Source: a virus. Taken from it: DNA of 64,000 bases. How positions within the stretch are numbered: the stretch's first letter is position 1; the number at the start of each line of letters is the position of its first letter. Below are positions 1 to 8,870 of the stretch, one piece after another. Location: positions 22-64,021 of the IMG/VR virus record IMGVR_UViG_3300024327_000005, one strand, 5' to 3'. The notes under the pieces are model-generated. The model ran no database searches. It saw only the letters and a list, made by a program, of their open reading frames with translations, and was not told where the DNA came from. The translations under genes and the position numbers were made by a program.

Positions 1-1
1 C

Positions 2-268
2 ATGAAGACTGGAGTGCAAACGCCTTGGCATTCACCCCTGAGGAGGTCAACCATGTCGTGTGATAGCTGTGTAAAAAACGGAGAAATCTGTGAAGACCTC
101 TATATGTTTTCGGGTGACTGTAGCGGAATCCACGAGATCGACGATGAAGTCTTCTGTCCTGACTGCTCACCCTGGAGTCGTCAGGAAGGAAACAGCTCCC
201 ACTGGGACGACGATGAGTGGGGTGGAGACCCCGACGATGTAGCAGGCAAGGCATTTACAGGCTACTAA
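2..268 (+). CDS. hypothetical protein, Cys-rich with acidic tail (may be 5'-partial)
   Basis: ORF at the window edge with several Cys and a DDDEW...DPDD tail. Confidence 0.5.
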   Translation: MKTGVQTPWHSPLRRSTMSCDSCVKNGEICEDLYMFSGDCSGIHEIDDEVFCPDCSPWSRQEGNSSHWDDDEWGGDPDDVAGKAFTGY

Positions 269-515
269 CTTTCCAATCAGACCAGCATTTAACTATGCTG
301 CAAACCCTCTAGTAGGGGATTCTTTCAAAAGAAGAGTCTTAAAAGTGTCGAAACCAGTACAATTATGTTTATGTTATCCTTTCTGGAACATAGTTGTAAG
401 AAGTTATTGAAACACTTCTGTCTCTTGTGGTGAGGCGACATGGTAGGGCGTATGCCCCTGATGACTCCGTTGTGGAGTGATTGTGAAAATAAAATTCTCA
501 ATTCAAGGAGACGAA

Positions 516-641
516 ATGTCTACTAGAACAGTAAACCAACATATCTTTGACTTGCTTGTAAGTCTCGGCTTAGCGAAAGCAGTGTGTCGAGACCTAGCAA
601 TCATAGACAACCAAATAATCAAAAGGAGACGACATGTCTAG
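516..641 (+). CDS. small hypothetical protein (41 aa, not in ORF track)
   Basis: AAGGAGACGAAATG RBS, then an open frame MSTRTVNQHIFDLLV... ending TAG. Confidence 0.5.
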   Translation: MSTRTVNQHIFDLLVSLGLAKAVCRDLAIIDNQIIKRRRHV

Positions 642-1026
642 TATCCCACAAGTGCACCAGCAAGTGTACGACCTGCTCTCAACTGAGCAAAAACAATTCT
701 TCTATATCCACTCGTTGTGGCAAGGTGTTTCGTGCATCCGCCTAAAAAGTGGCATAATGAAGGAGTTCGCAGGGAGCGGAGGCGATTGTCAAATGCAGAC
801 ATTCCTCGCCTCTGCGCAACATATCGTTTCTTTAGCACATGACAAAAACATTTGGACTTGCGTTAGGTTCAGTAACAATGGCTATCAGTCGGTCTTGGTC
901 TACTTGGGAACTCGAAATGTAGACGAGTTCATGAGACTCTCAAAGATTAGACAGATGGAAAGAGCCAACCAAGACCCAGACGCTGGTGTTTTAGATGATA
1001 ACGGGAACCCATACGGAGACCGTTAA
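634..1026 (+). CDS. hypothetical protein
   Basis: 130-aa ORF with strong RBS AAGGAG. Confidence 0.7.
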   Translation: MSSIPQVHQQVYDLLSTEQKQFFYIHSLWQGVSCIRLKSGIMKEFAGSGGDCQMQTFLASAQHIVSLAHDKNIWTCVRFSNNGYQSVLVYLGTRNVDEFMRLSKIRQMERANQDPDAGVLDDNGNPYGDR

Positions 1027-1099
1027 ACAACAACAACAGGCAAAACATCTTCTCTAAAAGAGCAAAATAACATTCCTTAAACAAACAAAGGAAAATATT

Positions 1100-1423
1100 A
1101 TGATACTTAAAAGAGTTAAAGATGATTTTAATGCCTTGCCTGGATGGGCAAGGATAATTTTCGTGGGCGGGATGCTAGCAAGCATCATTAAGTGGTTTCC
1201 AATAATTGAACTGTTGGAACTCTTCTTACTAATCGTGGTTATACCACTTGGATTTCTTACATTCGTAGGCGTGATCTCAAAAGAGACCAGCAATACTATT
1301 GTTTCTACATGGACAATGGTCTGTAACCTATTAAGAAAAGAAATTAAAGAGGCTGGCCGACCTACAAGCAACCAAAACGGGACAGATGAAGAAGTGACAA
1401 CAAGCACGGAAGTAGAGGCTTAA
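1100..1423 (+). CDS. hypothetical membrane protein
   Basis: two hydrophobic segments in the N-terminal half; RBS AAGGA. Confidence 0.65.
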   Translation: MILKRVKDDFNALPGWARIIFVGGMLASIIKWFPIIELLELFLLIVVIPLGFLTFVGVISKETSNTIVSTWTMVCNLLRKEIKEAGRPTSNQNGTDEEVTTSTEVEA

Positions 1424-1497
1424 AATGGAAGAAGCTCTATTTACTCGGATTATCATCACAATTATCTGTTTCGCAATATTTCTATGAAAGGTTTTCG

Positions 1498-1770
1498 ATG
1501 AAAACACTACTTACAATTATCATCACAATGTTGGCAAACCCAGCATTCGCAGACACACCATGTGAGAAACAAGTATCACATGTTGAAAGCATTCACAAGC
1601 AAATCATCTCACTCGCCAAAGAGTGCGACGAATTACCATTAAGTAAGCAACTGACCTGCTATCAAGTGCTAGCCGGGAATCAAGAGGCACTCGCAGGCGC
1701 ACTCTACCATGCAGAAATAATCTGTACAAAAATAGCAATCACAAAACTTCGAAAGGAAGTAAAAAGATGA
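1498..1770 (+). CDS. hypothetical secreted protein
   Basis: signal-peptide-like MKTLLTIIITMLANPAFA; four Cys. Confidence 0.6.
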   Translation: MKTLLTIIITMLANPAFADTPCEKQVSHVESIHKQIISLAKECDELPLSKQLTCYQVLAGNQEALAGALYHAEIICTKIAITKLRKEVKR

Positions 1771-2162
1771 ACATAATCAACAACATCGCAACAGGGCTAG
1801 AGGAAATCTATCTGCAAAGAGATAAGATCCCTGAGTTATGGACTCGAGTCACAACCTTCTATGCAGAGAATGTATGGAAGGACCTCATCGACCTCGGAGA
1901 GAAGGTCCACATGGTCAAGCAGACGCATTCTCCAAAGAGTGCAATCGCTTCGACTTTCCTTCCTCGAACCGTGAGAAACTTCAAGCAGTTCGACAAAGAG
2001 ATCTCGGAATTTATGGACTCTCCTGAAGAAGAGCCCGAAGCAACAGAAACAGCCGAAAAGCACTCAGCAAAGCTCTTGCATACCAACACGAATGGAAAGC
2101 CATTCAACTGGAGCGGCGCTGGAGACTACGACAAAGACGCAGTAAACAATGTGGCTGATTGA
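1767..2162 (+). CDS. hypothetical protein
   Basis: ORF coupled to the upstream gene by an ATGA overlap. Confidence 0.65.
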   Translation: MNIINNIATGLEEIYLQRDKIPELWTRVTTFYAENVWKDLIDLGEKVHMVKQTHSPKSAIASTFLPRTVRNFKQFDKEISEFMDSPEEEPEATETAEKHSAKLLHTNTNGKPFNWSGAGDYDKDAVNNVAD

Positions 2163-2484
2163 ATTCAGCTTCACATTCTACATAACTTTGAGCTTCTTGA
2201 TGTTTGACAGACATCAAACCTTCGAACAATAAGGAATCACATGACTGCGATTATAATAATTCTATGCCTATTCAACTCAGTCATCCTCCTTAAATTGGCT
2301 TGGCTCCTATCAGAGCCATATTAATCCTAAAACCGCTAAGGTAACATAGCGGTATATAAATAACGAGGCGTCACTCTCATAATGTCTAATAGGCAGAGAG
2401 AACTACACCCACGCCTACAATGGATAAACATGAAGAAAGTAGAATCTTCTTTGTGCCAAGAGTGTTACTTGGGGTGATTTATAT

Positions 2485-2648
2485 GCGGAAGTAGCTCAAA
2501 GGTAGAGCGTCAACCATACCGGGATAAAAGTGGTGATCAAAAGGGCTAGAAATCCTTGCGGTCGCCACTGAAAGACCAAACGTACGTGCTTTCTAGCGTA
2601 GGGGTAATACAAGTTGAAGGCATGCAGGTTCGAATCCTGTCTTCCGCC
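2485..2648 (+). tRNA. tRNA-like gene (Gly-type acceptor stem) interrupted by a ~91-nt insertion in the anticodon loop; identity uncertain
   Basis: acceptor GCGGAAG/CTTCCGC, D-arm GCTC-AAAGGTA-GAGC, anticodon stem TCAAC(2510-14)/GTTGA(2613-17), T-arm GCAGG-TTCGAAT-CCTGT; 98 nt between the anticodon stem halves instead of 7. Confidence 0.7.
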
Positions 2649-2652
2649 GCAA

Positions 2653-2724
2653 AGACTCTTAGCTCAACGGTAGAGCAGCGGACTTTTAATCCGTTGGCTC
2701 TGGGTTCGAATCCCAGAGGGTCTA
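2653..2724 (+). tRNA. tRNA-Lys(TTT), CCA not encoded
   Basis: full cloverleaf: AGACTCT/AGGGTCT, loop CTTTTAA, T-loop TTCGAAT. Confidence 0.93.
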
Positions 2725-2742
2725 TTCTTTATTTCTTTAAAT

Positions 2743-2806
2743 AGGTGTATTATCTCAACTTTCTTTAAAAAAGAGTGGTTGGTGTTTACGGATAATGCAC
2801 CTTTTT
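2743..2806 (+). other. long hairpin between tRNAs followed by a T-run (terminator or processing element)
   Basis: AGGTGTATTATC(2743-54) pairs with GATAATGCACCT(2791-2802); inner CAAC/GTTG and CTTT/AAAG helices. Confidence 0.45.
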
Positions 2807-2816
2807 AAACATGTAA

Positions 2817-2889
2817 GGGCCTATAGCTCAGTGGTTAGAGCTCCCGACTCATAATCGGCAGGTCCCAGGTTCAAATCCTGGTGGGCCCA
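2817..2889 (+). tRNA. tRNA with CAT anticodon, most like Ile2 (lysidine type); elongator Met not excluded; CCA not encoded
   Basis: GGGCCTA/TGGGCCC acceptor, anticodon arm GA-CTCATAA-TC as in bacterial Ile2, T-loop TTCAAAT. Confidence 0.88.
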
Positions 2890-2945
2890 TTCACCTAAAA
2901 GACATAGAACTCAGATGATTATGAAGTAGTAGCATACTGCTTCTC

Positions 2946-3494
2946 ATGTTTCTATTACCGCAAAATCCAAATAAAGGCAAAAAGATGACAAAGAAATGGG
3001 AAACAGAACTACGAGAAAGTCTCGACAGAGAGACTAAATCTCTAAAAGAAACAATCAAAATCAATAGATACCCCACAAACACGGGTACGTGTACCTATTT
3101 TTTAACCTGCTTCACTCAGGCCAAAAGACGCGGACTGGACGTGTCTGAAGCCGAAGCGCTCATTCAGGCTAATCCATGGATTCAAGAAGAGAGTCTGGTC
3201 GAATGTGATTGGTTCAAGCCATTTCGTAGACTGAAGCTCGACGGGCTAACTGAATCACAAAAGTTAATGCTCATGCTCCAAGCGGACGAGCACTTGTGCG
3301 TCCTTGAATTCCTAACAAAATCCATCAATCTGCGTGAAAACTGGGTTGAAGGGCTAATTAGAGGGCTTCCAAACAGCCTCACCCTCTCGAAAGAAAGTGG
3401 TGAAAAAGTTCAGCACATGATTCAGGAGGGTCCAATTGAGGGGCCATTCCAAGAGTGGCTCCAAGCTCAAATCTCAAACCTAACAACAACTTAA
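2946..3494 (+). CDS. hypothetical protein
   Basis: 182-aa ORF. Confidence 0.7.
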   Translation: MFLLPQNPNKGKKMTKKWETELRESLDRETKSLKETIKINRYPTNTGTCTYFLTCFTQAKRRGLDVSEAEALIQANPWIQEESLVECDWFKPFRRLKLDGLTESQKLMLMLQADEHLCVLEFLTKSINLRENWVEGLIRGLPNSLTLSKESGEKVQHMIQEGPIEGPFQEWLQAQISNLTTT

Positions 3495-3506
3495 AGGAGG
3501 TCCGAA

Positions 3507-3743
3507 ATGGACAAGGAAGCAATACGAGAAAAACTTAACAGAAGCCTGGGGTACAAGTCCCCAGAGCAGCTTCAGTCCATGATGGGATTCATCGGAAGCA
3601 TCAGCAGACAAGGAGAAGTGAAGATTGAAGACAAATGGTGGCCTGAAAAGGACTATCTTGTTGGCCTTCTCAGAGACGGAGGAAATGGAGTGCATAAAAT
3701 GGCTGTACTCTTCCCCGATAAATCCTTCTACACGTTTGGATAA
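3507..3743 (+). CDS. hypothetical protein
   Basis: RBS AAGGAGG. Confidence 0.65.
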   Translation: MDKEAIREKLNRSLGYKSPEQLQSMMGFIGSISRQGEVKIEDKWWPEKDYLVGLLRDGGNGVHKMAVLFPDKSFYTFG

Positions 3744-3745
3744 CC

Positions 3746-3994
3746 ATGTACCATACATTTAGACTCTTCGAGAGAAGTAAGAAAAACGGATTCTTAGAAA
3801 CCAAAGGCTCTGTGATAACTATTAACATGGCGCTAGTTCAAGCAATCCAAATGAAAAACTTCTGCGTCCAAATAGACTCAGACCTTGAAACCATGACGTT
3901 ACTTGAAGTTTCATTCACTAGCAAGACGATCATAGTTGAACCACAAAACTATGACGAGTTTCAGCTAATGATGGATCAAATGTCTCAAAGATAA
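3746..3994 (+). CDS. hypothetical protein
   Basis: ORF in a tightly packed run. Confidence 0.6.
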   Translation: MYHTFRLFERSKKNGFLETKGSVITINMALVQAIQMKNFCVQIDSDLETMTLLEVSFTSKTIIVEPQNYDEFQLMMDQMSQR

Positions 3995-4005
3995 AGGCAA
4001 CTATC

Positions 4006-4272
4006 ATGAAGAAGTGGCTACTGTTGGCAATCGCCCCATACTTATTCTTCCTAATGTTCATTTATGGACCAGAAGAATGGCAGATTATCGCTTGGTTAAT
4101 AGCTTGTTGTAATTTTGCTACAGCAGCATCTTATTATGACAAAACCTTTAAAGCAAGTGAGCGCATAGAAAACGAAACGCTAAGAGAAATCTTCCTAGCA
4201 CCATACTCAATAAGCGCAATCTTCCTATACTCTATGGGAGTTATCCCACCACCAACAAAATTAACTCTATGA
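4006..4272 (+). CDS. hypothetical membrane protein
   Basis: three hydrophobic segments. Confidence 0.6.
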   Translation: MKKWLLLAIAPYLFFLMFIYGPEEWQIIAWLIACCNFATAASYYDKTFKASERIENETLREIFLAPYSISAIFLYSMGVIPPPTKLTL

Positions 4273-4288
4273 AGAAAGGAGATCCGAA

Positions 4289-4717
4289 ATGGACCCTAAA
4301 AAGATAGCAAAAAAAGCGATATCAAAAGCCTTCGATAACAATTGCGAGGCAATTGTACTCTATTACATACTCGCAAACATCGGAGGAACCTTCGGGCTGA
4401 TAATCCGAAGAGAAATCGAAGAGATTATGGAGATTGAGTTAAACACTGAAGATCCATTTTTCTTTTTAGACTGGCTTCCCATTAATCTTAAGAAAGAGCT
4501 TGTTGCACTGGCTCAAGAAAAGCTAGTCAAGGCGACATTCATCACAAATGATAAGCCAAAGAGCCTGTACGATAATACTCATTGGCACATTGTTGCCAAC
4601 GCAACAATCAAGACCATAATTGAGTCAAAAGCTCGAAAATGGGCCACGCAAAACAAAGAATGGATGAACCAAAATGACAATCGAAATGACAGCGTCACAA
4701 CAATCCACTTCCTCTAA
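4289..4717 (+). CDS. hypothetical protein
   Basis: RBS AAGGAG; 142 aa. Confidence 0.65.
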   Translation: MDPKKIAKKAISKAFDNNCEAIVLYYILANIGGTFGLIIRREIEEIMEIELNTEDPFFFLDWLPINLKKELVALAQEKLVKATFITNDKPKSLYDNTHWHIVANATIKTIIESKARKWATQNKEWMNQNDNRNDSVTTIHFL

Positions 4718-5030
4718 GCAAACGATTATAGTATGCGAAGAATACGGTTACAAATGGTGGTTGTGGGAATTCCATGGAAGTTTTATCAATCTCCAAGAAT
4801 ACTGGGACAAACTAGTTGTCCCCGCAATAAAAACTCAAGGATGTCTATTGGCAATTAGAGGTCTCAAAGGGCACCTAACGTCTATAAGACCAATCAACTC
4901 TCCTATTGACCCAGATAGCTGGGTGCTGCCATCTGGAGACATCCTCAAAATGGCCAAAACTACCCACCATTGTCACATTCACGAAAGTGATGATAGCTGG
5001 TTGGATCTAAAAGGAAGCAACAATGTTTAG
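4674..5030 (+). CDS. hypothetical protein
   Basis: 118-aa ORF. Confidence 0.55.
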   Translation: MTIEMTASQQSTSSKQTIIVCEEYGYKWWLWEFHGSFINLQEYWDKLVVPAIKTQGCLLAIRGLKGHLTSIRPINSPIDPDSWVLPSGDILKMAKTTHHCHIHESDDSWLDLKGSNNV

Positions 5031-5299
5031 AAACTCCAAGATACAGGCTATCAAGGTGGTTCTTAACCACCTAATGAGAAACATCGATTTAGAAATGAGC
5101 CTTTTAGAGGGCGAATTGCATACTGAAAACCCACACAAAAGCGAAGCGCTACTTCATTTCGCTCCACAGACCCGCATGCAAACAACTCAATAATGAGATC
5201 ATTGAACACATAATCGAAAACGAGACCCATTATTTCAAAATGTTCTCTGATGAAACATCAAGAGAATCCGGCTTCGTAACCTTTGACTAAGGCACCAGA

Positions 5300-5587
5300 A
5301 TGACTGAAAATGCAAAAGAAGAACTACTTAACACATTAAAAAAGTTCAAGATACCTGTCGCAAGCATAACCAAAGCAAAAGTTGGCTTTTCAGCAAACTG
5401 GGAGGTTAACTTTTTAACCACATCAGATACCCAAGAACTCCTAGAGTATCTCGATAGAAGTTACGACTCGGGATACGGTTCCCAAGAATTGCATGGGCAC
5501 ATTGTAATCTCAAAGGAGCTATGGCTCTCTAGAGGGGAATATGATGGCTCAGAATGGTGGAACGTCCACCAATGTCCAGAAATCTAA
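5300..5587 (+). CDS. conserved phage hypothetical protein
   Basis: YDSGYGSQELxG...RGEYDGSEWW motif that I recall from many phage proteins. Confidence 0.65.
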   Translation: MTENAKEELLNTLKKFKIPVASITKAKVGFSANWEVNFLTTSDTQELLEYLDRSYDSGYGSQELHGHIVISKELWLSRGEYDGSEWWNVHQCPEI

Positions 5588-5707
5588 AACAAAGGAAATT
5601 CGCAAAGTTCACCTTAAAGAACTAGTGGTCTACCTGAAGCATAATGCTCAAGGTACTGATGTGTTGTCATAAGGCAACGAAACCAAAAAACAGAAAGAGG
5701 TGTCGAA

Positions 5708-6007
5708 ATGACTCCAACCGAATTACTAATCATAGACCAAATGTGGGAACGCTCAATGAGTGTTATGATGCCCAGCATCTTAAATTTGGCGGGACAAGAA
5801 GACTCTAACGAAGAATTAGAAAGTTTCTTGTCTTCAGGAAAGGAAGTCTGGAAGAAAATGATGAGCGAGTATTTATCTAAATCAGATATTGAAAACCTAA
5901 TCAAAGCATTCTACGCATCCTCTCAAATCGACGAGAAAAAGTTGAAACTATTCAACGCGGTTTATACGACTCGAATCATCGAGATCGCTGAAGAATGTTT
6001 CAACTAA
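5708..6007 (+). CDS. hypothetical protein
   Basis: RBS GAGGTG; 99 aa. Confidence 0.6.
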   Translation: MTPTELLIIDQMWERSMSVMMPSILNLAGQEDSNEELESFLSSGKEVWKKMMSEYLSKSDIENLIKAFYASSQIDEKKLKLFNAVYTTRIIEIAEECFN

Positions 6008-6157
6008 TATTTACAGTGCTCATACTAGTGCTAGCAATAGTATTGGCTAGAGCATTCAAAGAAGAACTATCGTTTCACTTAACCATATTCATGGGTTGGG
6101 TGAGTGTATTCGCATTAATAAAAATCGTGCGACTGATCATAGCCTAAAGGAGGCGAA

Positions 6158-6388
6158 ATGCCAGCAACAACAAAAGCAGACAAGTCAACCATTGACTACT
6201 TCCTTGAAAATTACTCTGGCTTTGCAGAAAGAGCAAAAGAGTTAATTGAAACCAACCAAGACCATCAATGGGTATGGGAGTACTCCTTGTTTTCAGATCC
6301 TCAAGATTACAACAAGCTGATTCTCATCGGCATTGATTATGAGCATGGCGAAACTGAAAGGATCAGCCAGTATGAAAAAGGATATTGA
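6158..6388 (+). CDS. hypothetical protein
   Basis: RBS AAGGAGG. Confidence 0.6.
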   Translation: MPATTKADKSTIDYFLENYSGFAERAKELIETNQDHQWVWEYSLFSDPQDYNKLILIGIDYEHGETERISQYEKGY

Positions 6389-6587
6389 TGCAGCCATAGG
6401 AAGATGGCAAGCCCTACACGGCAACCGTCTCAACTGCGACCCAGAGTCTATTGTAGGTTGGTCCTACAAGCTCACAGATGAACAAAAAGTTGCGCTTATC
6501 AAAAAGCAAATACAACTTGAATGTGCTTCAGTTGACGCACATCGAAATCTTCTCAACAGGTAACTAATGTCGAAAGGACAAACTCAA

Positions 6588-6905
6588 ATGTCAATCATCA
6601 ATCTCACTCCCCACAATCTGAACATCCACACAAGCAACGGAACAGTAGTAGAAGTACCTCCTTCTGGATCGGTTGCACGAGTTGCAACCACGTACACTGC
6701 TATTGCATCAATCGGAGATATTGACGTCTTCGATTGCGTATATGGAGAGATTACTGGATTGCCCGACCCAGCAATCAACTCAATCTTTGTGGTCAGCGGC
6801 CAAACTAATGCCGCACTGTCTCATCGCGGAGACGTCTTCTCTCCAGGCGAGTTGGTGCGAGACGAGTCAGGTAAACCGATTGGTTGCTTGGGCTTAAAAG
6901 CCTAA
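6588..6905 (+). CDS. conserved phage hypothetical protein (NLTPH family)
   Basis: IINLTPH...PPSGxVARV...GLP...IVS...RxDVFSPGELVRDExGxxIGC; start moved to ATG 6588 after AAAGGA. Confidence 0.7.
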   Translation: MSIINLTPHNLNIHTSNGTVVEVPPSGSVARVATTYTAIASIGDIDVFDCVYGEITGLPDPAINSIFVVSGQTNAALSHRGDVFSPGELVRDESGKPIGCLGLKA

Positions 6906-6940
6906 TCCGCCAGTTGGTGTGACCACCACTTTGAGCGACC

Positions 6941-6990
6941 AGACGCACCTTCCCCCGCCAGGGGGAAATAGCCCCCGCCAGGGGGCGTCT
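6941..6990. repeat. twin GC-rich hairpins CCCCC-GCCA-GGGGG inside an outer AGACGC/GCGTCT inverted repeat
   Basis: TTCCCCCGCCAGGGGGAA-ATA-GCCCCCGCCAGGGGGC read directly from the sequence. Confidence 0.8.
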
Positions 6991-7207
6991 ATAGCTGTCT
7001 CCACTAAGTGCAAAGCACTTTAAAAAAACCTTAAATATGTGACGAGACCTAGAATTGTATAACCTTATATTCAAAACTAAAACTATAAAATGTAAAACCC
7101 TACAACACTGGCATAAAACAGTAATAGGGCTAGAAAAAAAAGGCCTAATCTATAAGGAGTTCAAGAGAACCGAACTTGGATGGTGCTTTTACTACTGAGG
7201 GAACCAA

Positions 7208-7420
7208 ATGCAAAAGTACTACATGCTACTCCTGCAAGAGTACACAGACGAAAAACTAACTGACAACTTCTACTTAAAGGACACCGTTTATCCCGGAACA
7301 GTAACCTACCCCACTTATGAAGAAGCAAAAAAAGAAGCAAAAAAAATTAACTACGAAACTGGTCCCAACACAAGGATCGAATGCATCGTGATACTAAACA
7401 ATAAGATTGGAAAACAATAA
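7208..7420 (+). CDS. hypothetical protein
   Basis: RBS GAGGG; 70 aa. Confidence 0.6.
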   Translation: MQKYYMLLLQEYTDEKLTDNFYLKDTVYPGTVTYPTYEEAKKEAKKINYETGPNTRIECIVILNNKIGKQ

Positions 7421-7422
7421 AC

Positions 7423-7746
7423 ATGTCACAACAAAGATTTGAATTCATGAAAGACATGAACCCCGACTACGAAGCCTTAGGCGAGCAAATAGGGATTCTG
7501 CTAAACGAAAAGCAATCCGCCTATGGGAATGCCTTCGGAAATATGTCTCAAATTTTCAACATAATTTATCCCAACGGAATACAGCCGCATCAATACGATA
7601 ACGTACTTACAATAGTTAGGATGATGGATAAGATCTTTAGAATCGCCAACCTTCCAGAAACCGGAAAAGACTCCATGGAAGAAGACCCGTGGAAAGATAT
7701 CGCTGGCTACGCAATGCTAGCGCTACAAAATATTGAAGAGCCCTAA
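7423..7746 (+). CDS. DUF1599-like (MazG-fold, nucleotide-modification-associated) protein
   Basis: EKQSAYGNAF...VRMMDKIFRIA...EDPWKDIAGYA. Confidence 0.55.
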   Translation: MSQQRFEFMKDMNPDYEALGEQIGILLNEKQSAYGNAFGNMSQIFNIIYPNGIQPHQYDNVLTIVRMMDKIFRIANLPETGKDSMEEDPWKDIAGYAMLALQNIEEP

Positions 7747-8025
7747 GTGATGAAATTCTTAGACGCCTTCATATTCTATTTTGGTATATATGGAATCTCT
7801 TGGTCAATGATATACGCAAAGCCGCTACAACCAATAAAGCGCTTCTTCACTGGAAGAAGCAAAACATTACACGACTTACTTGAATGTATCGTCTGCACGT
7901 CATTCTGGGTCGGACTACCCTTTACATACCTCCACTTCAATAACGAGCCATGGACAACACAAGTGCTAGTACTATTTAGTACCGTAACTTTCACTTGGCT
8001 ACTTTCAAACTTACTAGAGGATTAA
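7747..8025 (+). CDS. DUF1360-like membrane protein
   Basis: hydrophobic, with LLECIVCTSFWVG motif. Confidence 0.5.
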   Translation: MMKFLDAFIFYFGIYGISWSMIYAKPLQPIKRFFTGRSKTLHDLLECIVCTSFWVGLPFTYLHFNNEPWTTQVLVLFSTVTFTWLLSNLLED

Positions 8026-8029
8026 TATA

Positions 8030-8455
8030 ATGCTAACAGCAAAACAAAGATACACCTTAAACTTAATTAACAAAATCGACACTGCCCACTTTACTACAGA
8101 AGGAGTATATCTTGCACAAGGTAACAGTAAGCAGTTATCAAAAAAAGCGCTTACAGGACACTTAACCATGCTGCTAAAAAAAGACAAAATATATAAAGTC
8201 AGAAGAGGCAACTATGCGCTCGCAACACCAGCAGCACCCATTTTAAACTTAGATGCTTTGACATCGTCAAGCAGCCCACTCTCATCAAGTGAATTACCAT
8301 CATTCTTGGCACACGAAGACATTGAGAAGCTTCTGGAATGGAAGAGCCAAAGCATCGGTGCCACTTACAAAGAGATAGAGCGCTTACAACTAAAAGTAAT
8401 TAAGCTAGAGAAACAAAAAACAACAATAAGCAATATTAAAGTAAAATTCTGCTGA
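8030..8455 (+). CDS. putative winged-helix + coiled-coil protein (paralog 1)
   Basis: wHTH-like N-terminus (LTMLLKKDKIYKVRRGNYAL); C-terminus shared with the next gene. Confidence 0.5.
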   Translation: MLTAKQRYTLNLINKIDTAHFTTEGVYLAQGNSKQLSKKALTGHLTMLLKKDKIYKVRRGNYALATPAAPILNLDALTSSSSPLSSSELPSFLAHEDIEKLLEWKSQSIGATYKEIERLQLKVIKLEKQKTTISNIKVKFC

Positions 8456-8468
8456 AAAGGATGCTAAA

Positions 8469-8870
8469 TTGACTATTAATCATAAAAAAAACTTACACCG
8501 CATATCAAAAATGAAGAGTCGACTTATTGAAACTCAAAAAAAAGAATTCACAAGACGAGAGTTCATGCGAACGACAGATACTTCTTCCTATTATTTTAAT
8601 CAAGCACTGCACGCAGGGCTAATTATAGATACTGAAGAGGTCTTTCTCAACAGGGCCGGATCGCCAATCATTTATCGGTTAGCAGATGCATTTTTAAGCT
8701 ACGCAGAAACTAAACAAAGTTACTCCTTAGATAAGGAAGATCTTGATATGCTTCTTACCGCTAAGAGCACAAAAGTAGCAAAACTGAATGACTCTATCCG
8801 TACGATGGAGAATCAAGTGATCAAACTAAAAAAACAAAAAGCTCTCCTAGCAAACATTAAGTTGTCGTAA
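8469..8870 (+). CDS. putative winged-helix + coiled-coil protein (paralog 2)
   Basis: EDLDMLLTAKS...VIKLKKQK..L.NIK matches the previous gene. Confidence 0.5.
   Translation: MTINHKKNLHRISKMKSRLIETQKKEFTRREFMRTTDTSSYYFNQALHAGLIIDTEEVFLNRAGSPIIYRLADAFLSYAETKQSYSLDKEDLDMLLTAKSTKVAKLNDSIRTMENQVIKLKKQKALLANIKLS

Noticed and set aside
2485-2648. tmRNA, group I intron or canonical HDV/theta ribozyme assignment for the interrupted tRNA
   Set aside because: There is no G3:U70/A73 Ala identity and a D-stem is present (not tmRNA). The ~91-nt insert is too short for group I. HDV P3 and J4/2 cannot be formed.
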